Positions 58,942 to 64,000 of a stretch of DNA of 64,000 bases are shown here, one piece after another. The translations under genes were made by a program, and so were the position numbers. Position 1 is the first letter of the stretch; every line of letters begins with the position of its first letter. This DNA is from Rhodothermales bacterium (lineage in GTDB: Bacteria > Bacteroidota > Rhodothermia > Rhodothermales > BA12): positions 157,634-221,633 of the forward strand of contig CAWHJN010000005.1 of assembly GCA_963829705.1 (NCBI GenBank). The letters run 5' to 3'. A model generated the notes under the pieces. That model was not told the origin of the DNA, made no database searches, and saw only the letters and a list, made by a program, of their open reading frames with translations.

Positions 58942-59361
58942 TCATTTGGTGCGGACGCGCGGCCAGAGGTAGGCCACGAAGGCGAGCACGCCGAGGGCCT
59001 GTAGCGCGGCGGAAGTTACGAGCACCCCGCGCCACACGCCGCCCGCGCCGCCCGCTACGGCAGGCTCGCCGAAGGCTCGGAGCACCAGTCCGGCGTTGAG
59101 CAGCGCGTACGTCGCCCATGCCACGCCCGAGCGCCCGTACGGCTCGGCCTTGCTCACGCGGGGGAAAAACCAGTACGCTACGCCGAAGATGAGCTGCGTC
59201 AGCCAGCCGACGACGAGCAGGTGAATCCACGCCGGGCCGAGCAGCGCCACCCATCCGGGCAGCGTCGCCGTCGGCCCCAGCGCCAGCGCGATGCCGAGCA
59301 CGAGGGCGACGGCCAGGTAGCCCAGCGCCGTCTTGATGAACAACCGGGCGAGAAAGGGCAT
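58942..59361 (-). CDS. 4-TM membrane protein, heme-copper oxidase subunit I/NnrS-like fragment
   Basis: IHLLVVGWLTQLIFGVAYWFFPR; LLNAGLVLR; paralogous to 58527-58931. Confidence 0.78.
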   Translation of the reverse strand: MPFLARLFIKTALGYLAVALVLGIALALGPTATLPGWVALLGPAWIHLLVVGWLTQLIFGVAYWFFPRVSKAEPYGRSGVAWATYALLNAGLVLRAFGEPAVAGGAGGVWRGVLVTSAALQALGVLAFVAYLWPRVRTK

Positions 59362-59374
59362 GGGCGTGGGGAGG

Positions 59375-60472
59375 TCAGAAGGACACGGGCGGGACAGAGG
59401 CGCGGGACCGGCTCGCCCACATCGAAAAGCCCACGCTGGCCAGGAAAAGTACGATGGCTGCGGCGTTGAGCAGGCCGCCCCAGCGTCGCAGCGCCATCCA
59501 CCCGGCCACGTCGGCCACGATGCGGAGCGCGAGCGAGGCGTGCAAAAGGGCCAGGGGCGCGTACAGCACGGGCCGGTAGAACGGCGGCACGCCCAACACG
59601 GCGGGGAAGATGATGGGCGCGTGCCCGAAGATCATGCTGAAGACGAAGCCAACGAACACGGCGTGCAGCAAGGCATCGTAGAAAGGCCCGGCGGTGACGC
59701 CGCCCACGAACAGCGCCAGCACGCCCGCCACGCCCATCCACACGTATCCCGCCAGCAGGCAGACGGCGATGAAGCGCGTCAGGCCTTTCTGGCGCACAGT
59801 GTAGCGGGCCACGTCGTAGCGGGTCAGCCACGCGGCCATCGCAAGGAGGGCGAAGCCCATCCCACGCACGCCCGCGCCAGGGGCGGAGACGGTCGCGGCG
59901 AGGGCCGTCAGCAGCACGGCGGCGATGCCCATGAAGAGGTGCTGCACGCGGGCGTCGTGGCCCAGCATCCGACTCAGCTCCAGTCGCTCCCCGGCGATGG
60001 TGAGCACGAGAAAGCCCATCCACCACGGCACCGCCGCGAAGACGGGGGCGCCCGAGAGCCACAGTGCGTTGCCGACGACCCACGCGCCCGCGCCGAGCGC
60101 CATCACCTGCAAAAAGCCATCGGCCTGCACGCGCAAGAGCACGGCGTAGAGGGCGACGAGGCCGAGGCTGCCCAGCGTGAACAGCAGCGCGCCTGCCGGT
60201 TCGCCCACTCCCACGGCGAGCAGCAGCCCGCCGACGCCCACGACGAGCGGTATAGCATACGCCCACCAGCGCCTGAGTGCCACGGCGCGTTCGAGCGAGA
60301 TGACCGTCCCGAGAAAGCCGCACACCATCAGCGGGCCGTGCTGCATCGCGAGTCCGGCGGGCCCGCGTGGCAGCCCCCAGCCGATCCGCAGTAGGCCGCT
60401 CCACAGGCCGAACACCAGCGCGAGCATCCCCATCGCCAGCAGAAGGTAGCGTCCCCGTTCCGCGTGCGGCAT
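59375..60472 (-). CDS. NnrS-like polytopic membrane protein
   Basis: HGPLMVCGFLGTVISLERA, TIAGERLEL, HAVFVGFVFSMIFGHAP. Confidence 0.75.
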   Translation of the reverse strand: MPHAERGRYLLLAMGMLALVFGLWSGLLRIGWGLPRGPAGLAMQHGPLMVCGFLGTVISLERAVALRRWWAYAIPLVVGVGGLLLAVGVGEPAGALLFTLGSLGLVALYAVLLRVQADGFLQVMALGAGAWVVGNALWLSGAPVFAAVPWWMGFLVLTIAGERLELSRMLGHDARVQHLFMGIAAVLLTALAATVSAPGAGVRGMGFALLAMAAWLTRYDVARYTVRQKGLTRFIAVCLLAGYVWMGVAGVLALFVGGVTAGPFYDALLHAVFVGFVFSMIFGHAPIIFPAVLGVPPFYRPVLYAPLALLHASLALRIVADVAGWMALRRWGGLLNAAAIVLFLASVGFSMWASRSRASVPPVSF

Positions 60473-60476
60473 GGGC

Positions 60477-60788
60477 TTACCGGTGCCTCCCGAAGCGCGC
60501 CGCCCGCACCTCCGGGTCCATCATCTGGAACGACCACGGCGGCTGCCACACGAGCGACACCTCCGTGTCCTCCAGACCGAGCAGGCCACGCAGCGCCCCC
60601 TCTGCCTCCCGGGCGATGTAGCTCGACATCGGGCACGCGGGCGTCGTCATCGTCAGATCGAGTTCCGCGATCCCGCCTTCGACGCGCACGTCGTAGACGA
60701 GGCCGAGGTCCACGATGTTGATCCCGACCTCCGGGTCGATCACCTGGCGGAGCCGGTCGATGATGGCTGGACGAGCGGGCGTCGGCAT
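60477..60788 (-). CDS. DUF59/SufT-like metal-sulfur cluster assembly factor
   Basis: VIDPEVGINIVDLGLVY, TMTTPACP, VWQPPW; TGATG overlap with upstream gene. Confidence 0.92.
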   Translation of the reverse strand: MPTPARPAIIDRLRQVIDPEVGINIVDLGLVYDVRVEGGIAELDLTMTTPACPMSSYIAREAEGALRGLLGLEDTEVSLVWQPPWSFQMMDPEVRAARFGRHR

Positions 60789-61036
60789 CAGACCGTGACC
60801 CGGGTGACGACGACCCGCCACGCCTCGGGCCCGCGTTCGAGGTAGTCGAAGGCGAAGGCATCGGCGCCCTGCTCGGCCAGCAGCGTGTAGTACATGCACG
60901 ACGGGTCGTGGTCGAGCGTCAGGTCGAGCTGCTCCCCAGCGGCGAGGCGAAGGTACGCGCCCATGATGGTGTCGAAGCGGTATTTCGGTTCGACGGGTCG
61001 GACGTCGAGCGTCTCGGCGATGGAGGAGGTTTGCAT
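60788..61036 (-). CDS. DUF2249 domain protein
   Basis: LDVRPVEP..RF..I, DHDP, YLERGPEAWRV. Confidence 0.88.
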   Translation of the reverse strand: MQTSSIAETLDVRPVEPKYRFDTIMGAYLRLAAGEQLDLTLDHDPSCMYYTLLAEQGADAFAFDYLERGPEAWRVVVTRVTV

Positions 61037-61044
61037 GGAAATCG

Positions 61045-61695
61045 TCAGAGGAGGATCGGGACGGATGAAGCGAAAGACGGAGCTTCCGCCGGGCCGCACG
61101 CAACGGGTACAGCTTCGGGTTTCGCGTTGGCGGCGCGTGCCGGGGCGCGGGTGACGGTGCCCGTGTAGCCCCGGAGCGCCAGCGCGGCCAGCAGGCAGCC
61201 CAGCGCTTCACACGCGGCGTGGTCGGCGTCGGTGCCGAGGAGCCGGACGTGGGCGAGCGTGGTGCCGGTGTGTTCGAGCACCGTCGCGGCGGTTTCGGCG
61301 CGCAGCGTCGCCAGGTCGATCTCCCACGCGGTGCCGACGCCGTGGTAACGCGCCCACGCACCGGCCTGCCAGGCCGCCAGGCGGTCGGTTCCGTGGACGA
61401 GTGCGATGCAGGGCGGCGGGGCCGCCAGCGTGGTGTACACCAGCAAGCCCGCTCCCAGGCTCACCGCTACCTCGACCGACCCCGCGAGCGCAGCGGCACC
61501 GGCCACCGTCAGCATGTTGGACGCAGGCGGCATCCGCACCCAGCGCACCGGAGCACGGGCGAGATCCGTGGCCACTGCGACACGCGCGTGCGACAGCGAC
61601 AGTTCGAGGCCGTCGAACGCACCCCGGCGGCATGCCTCGTCCACGCCGTGGATGGTGCCGCCGGGAAGAGCATCACTGCTGAAGAGGAGCCTCAT
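61045..61695 (-). CDS. Divergent sugar-phosphate isomerase/AP-endonuclease-2-like TIM barrel protein
   Basis: GAFDGLEL, AWEID, LAHVRL, LALRGYTGTV; ATGA overlap with ric stop. Confidence 0.5.
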   Translation of the reverse strand: MRLLFSSDALPGGTIHGVDEACRRGAFDGLELSLSHARVAVATDLARAPVRWVRMPPASNMLTVAGAAALAGSVEVAVSLGAGLLVYTTLAAPPPCIALVHGTDRLAAWQAGAWARYHGVGTAWEIDLATLRAETAATVLEHTGTTLAHVRLLGTDADHAACEALGCLLAALALRGYTGTVTRAPARAANAKPEAVPVACGPAEAPSFASSVPILL

Positions 61696-62708
61696 GCTGC
61701 CGCGTCCGCCATCTTCGAGATCTTCACCCGCCACAGCTCCGGACCCTGCTCCAGGTACTCCCAGCCCATCGCACCCGGACGGGTGAACTCGAGCTGGTAG
61801 CGTAAGGGCACCGGGTCGTGGTCGTTGACGAGGACGAAGTGGTCGCCCGCGTCGAGCGCGTCGAACACGGAGAAGATGGCCGGGTGCTTCTGCGGCGGCG
61901 GAATCACACGCACGTCGAGTGTTTTGGACGGCTCGGCGGTGGCTGCCGCGTCCGTTTCGACGGGCGTTTCCTGCGACGCCACGTCTTCTTCGGCGTCCGG
62001 GCTGAGGGCGAGGGCTTTGGGGAAGAGAATGTTGTTTTCGAGGTGCACGTGGCGGTGCAGGTCGTCCTCGAACTCCTCCAGCTTCACGAATGCGGCGCGG
62101 TACGTGTTGCACGCATCCGGCGGCGGGGTAAAGTCGCTGCTCAGTTCGCGGATCTGGCGCATGGCCTCGCCCGCCTCGTCGTGGTCACCTTCCATCTCGC
62201 GGAGCACGTCGGCCAGCGGCGTCTCCGGCGCGGGGCCGCCCGAGGCAAGGGCCTTGATGGCGGGAAAGACGATCTGTTCTTCGCACACCATGTGCCCTTC
62301 GAGGCCCGTCGCCACCTGCTCGAACAACTCCGCGATCTCGACGAGTTCGGGATGGCGCTGGCCGTGGACGCGCGCCACTTTCTGCGTGAAGGCGCGCAGC
62401 ACCGGGATGCTCTCGCGCACATACGTGTGGTGCTCGTTGACAACGTAATCGGCCAGGAACGAGGGCGACCAGTGCTCGACGCGCGCCTGAGGCGAGGTGC
62501 CGCGCGCGTCGGCGTGCCGGAGCGCGTCGGCCACGTCGGCCAGGGCGATGCCTTTCTTGGCGCAGACGGACGCGAGCGTGGCGCCGCCGCCGCAGCAGAA
62601 GTCGATGCCGAGGTTTTTGAAGGCCGCCGCGCGCCGGTAGTCCTCTGTCACGAGGTCGCCCACGGTGCGCTGGCCCAGGTCGGCCGGGTCGAGGGTAATC
62701 GGGATCAT
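61692..62708 (-). CDS. ric: Iron-sulfur cluster repair di-iron protein Ric/YtfE fused to C-terminal DUF2249
   Basis: GIDFCCGG, HH.Y, VHG..HPEL, HM..EE..FP, ACNTY, HVHLENNILFP, then LDVR...NDHDP...YLEQGPELWRV. Confidence 0.92.
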   Translation of the reverse strand: MIPITLDPADLGQRTVGDLVTEDYRRAAAFKNLGIDFCCGGGATLASVCAKKGIALADVADALRHADARGTSPQARVEHWSPSFLADYVVNEHHTYVRESIPVLRAFTQKVARVHGQRHPELVEIAELFEQVATGLEGHMVCEEQIVFPAIKALASGGPAPETPLADVLREMEGDHDEAGEAMRQIRELSSDFTPPPDACNTYRAAFVKLEEFEDDLHRHVHLENNILFPKALALSPDAEEDVASQETPVETDAAATAEPSKTLDVRVIPPPQKHPAIFSVFDALDAGDHFVLVNDHDPVPLRYQLEFTRPGAMGWEYLEQGPELWRVKISKMADAAA

Positions 62709-62743
62709 AAAATTGAGTAGTTGAAAAGGTGCGTGCCGTGTCT

Positions 62744-62787
62744 GCCGAGGAGGAGAAGCCCACGAGTAGACTTCTCCTCTGTTCGGC
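62744..62787. other. Intergenic stem-loop between azurin and ric
   Basis: GAGGAGAAGCCCAC-GA-GTAGACTTCTCCTC with outer GCCGA/TCGGC arms. Confidence 0.5.
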
Positions 62788-62806
62788 GCGTGCAGGGAGG
62801 TGGGTG

Positions 62807-63256
62807 TTAGCCCGCCACGGTCATGGTGCCCTGCATCATCATGTAGTGGCCGGGGAAGGTGCAGATGTAGCGGTAGGTGCCCGGCGTGGTGGGCGCGGTA
62901 AAGGTGACGCTCACTTCCTCGCCCGGCTTCGCCAAGGCGGTGTGCGCGAGGATGGACGGGTCGCTGGGCACGTAGTCGCTGGCCTCGCCGGCCGTCATGC
63001 CCGCCTGCCCCACGCGCTGCACGGTGGCGTCGTCGTCGTCGTTGAGGATCACCACGTTGTGGCTCATCGCCTCGGTGGTGGCGGTGTTGCGGAAGGTGAG
63101 CGTGACGGTTTCGCCGGGTTGCACCGTGAAGCTCGTCTGCTCGTAGCGCATCTCGTTGCCGACGGGCGTGAGGGTGACGTTGGCGCCGCTGCCACCGCAG
63201 CCGGTGAGTACGAGTACGGCGAGGGCCGCGAGGGAGGAGAAGTAGGATGCCTTCAT
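62807..63256 (-). CDS. Azurin/auracyanin-like blue copper lipoprotein
   Basis: Lipobox LTGC; MSHNVV and YICTFPGHYMMMQG type-1 Cu ligands. Confidence 0.92.
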   Translation of the reverse strand: MKASYFSSLAALAVLVLTGCGGSGANVTLTPVGNEMRYEQTSFTVQPGETVTLTFRNTATTEAMSHNVVILNDDDDATVQRVGQAGMTAGEASDYVPSDPSILAHTALAKPGEEVSVTFTAPTTPGTYRYICTFPGHYMMMQGTMTVAG

Positions 63257-63279
63257 GAATCGAGGAGGTAAGGAGGTGT

Positions 63280-63906
63280 TTAGCGGGAGAGCGGGGTGGC
63301 CTGTAGCGAGTCCAGCACCTGAACGGCTACGTCGGTGGCACCGGAGCCCGGCACCTGAGCGGCGACCTCGCCCTGCTTGTTGAGGATGGTTAACAGGTTC
63401 GCGTGTGCGATCTGCCCATCGGACTGATCCCGGTAGCCTACCGAGATCGAGGCCGCGAGGGCGCGGATGCTTTCCGGCGAACCACGGAGAAGCGTCCACT
63501 GGGCGGGCGAGAGGCCATGGGCCTTCGCAAATTTCTGCAGCTGCTCGGGCGTGTCGCGCTCGGGGTCGAGCGTGACGAGTACGTACGCCACATCCGACGG
63601 CACCGAGGCGTCGAGGCGCTGCGCGATGGTCTTCATCTCGTGGACCAGCAGCGGGCACGTGGCCGCGCAGTGGGTGTACACGAACGTCAGCACGACGGGG
63701 CGGCCCAGGAACGCTTGCAGGCTGGCCGCCTCGCCGCTCTGGTCCGTCCACGGCGCGTCGAGCAGGTAGACAGACTGATCCGAGAGGCCGTCCGAGAGCA
63801 CGACGGCGGGCACGACGGGGGCGGCGCGTTCGATGAGCACGGGCGCGCTCCGGTCGCAGGCTGCAAGCAGCAGCACACTCAGCAGAAGGGTCAGGGTCGG
63901 TTTCAT
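63280..63906 (-). CDS. SCO family copper chaperone lipoprotein
   Basis: Lipobox LAAC; YTHCAATCP, DPERDTP, IAH. Confidence 0.92.
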   Translation of the reverse strand: MKPTLTLLLSVLLLAACDRSAPVLIERAAPVVPAVVLSDGLSDQSVYLLDAPWTDQSGEAASLQAFLGRPVVLTFVYTHCAATCPLLVHEMKTIAQRLDASVPSDVAYVLVTLDPERDTPEQLQKFAKAHGLSPAQWTLLRGSPESIRALAASISVGYRDQSDGQIAHANLLTILNKQGEVAAQVPGSGATDVAVQVLDSLQATPLSR

Positions 63907-63927
63907 GGTCGTGGTCTTGTATGAAAT

Positions 63928-64000
63928 TCAGAGGTCGCGGGCGCCGCGAAAGCCCATCGACGCGCCCGTGTAGCGGGCATCGAGGCCGGAGCGGAAGCCG
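63928..64000 (-). CDS. C-terminus of a formylglycine-generating-enzyme/NirV-like protein (partial)
   Basis: GFRSGLDARYTGASMGFRGARDL-stop resembles the FGE-family GFRC terminal motif; only 23 codons visible. Confidence 0.55.
   Translation of the reverse strand, partial: GFRSGLDARYTGASMGFRGARDL

Overview
High-GC bacterial chromosomal segment, most consistent with Rhodothermota or another FCB-group organism (SusC/SusD pair, rpmB-rpmG-DUF4295 order, TAnnTTTG promoter motifs). It is mostly housekeeping: miaB, ppa, a CCA-adding enzyme, ribD/ribE, recJ, PBP1A, rpmB/rpmG/bL38, aspS, a deoxyhypusine synthase-like gene and five tRNAs. Accessory modules: (i) a compact polysaccharide-utilisation locus at about 27.9-38.6 kb whose only candidate depolymerase is an 880-aa PL26/YetA-like protein; (ii) a putative metal (Cu) uptake operon at 49.8-53.9 kb led by a Cys/His-rich ORF ending in KPP; (iii) a PlcP-like phosphoesterase preceded by four 11-bp-spaced Pho-box-like repeats; (iv) a decayed region 3' of tRNA-Leu with an attC-like hairpin and toxin-antitoxin remnants; (v) the distal end of an NO-stress/Cu-protein cluster (FGE-like, SCO, azurin, Ric-DUF2249 fusion, DUF2249, DUF59, three NnrS/heme-copper-oxidase-like membrane proteins). 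Also noted: a 66-aa polyacidic microprotein with its own predicted promoter and terminator, a Cys-bearing orphan ORF with a near-consensus promoter, a 23-aa hydrophobic peptide ORF, two apparent single-base frameshifts, and dispersed heptamer and REP-like repeats. All calls rest on motif recognition by eye; no database searches were run.
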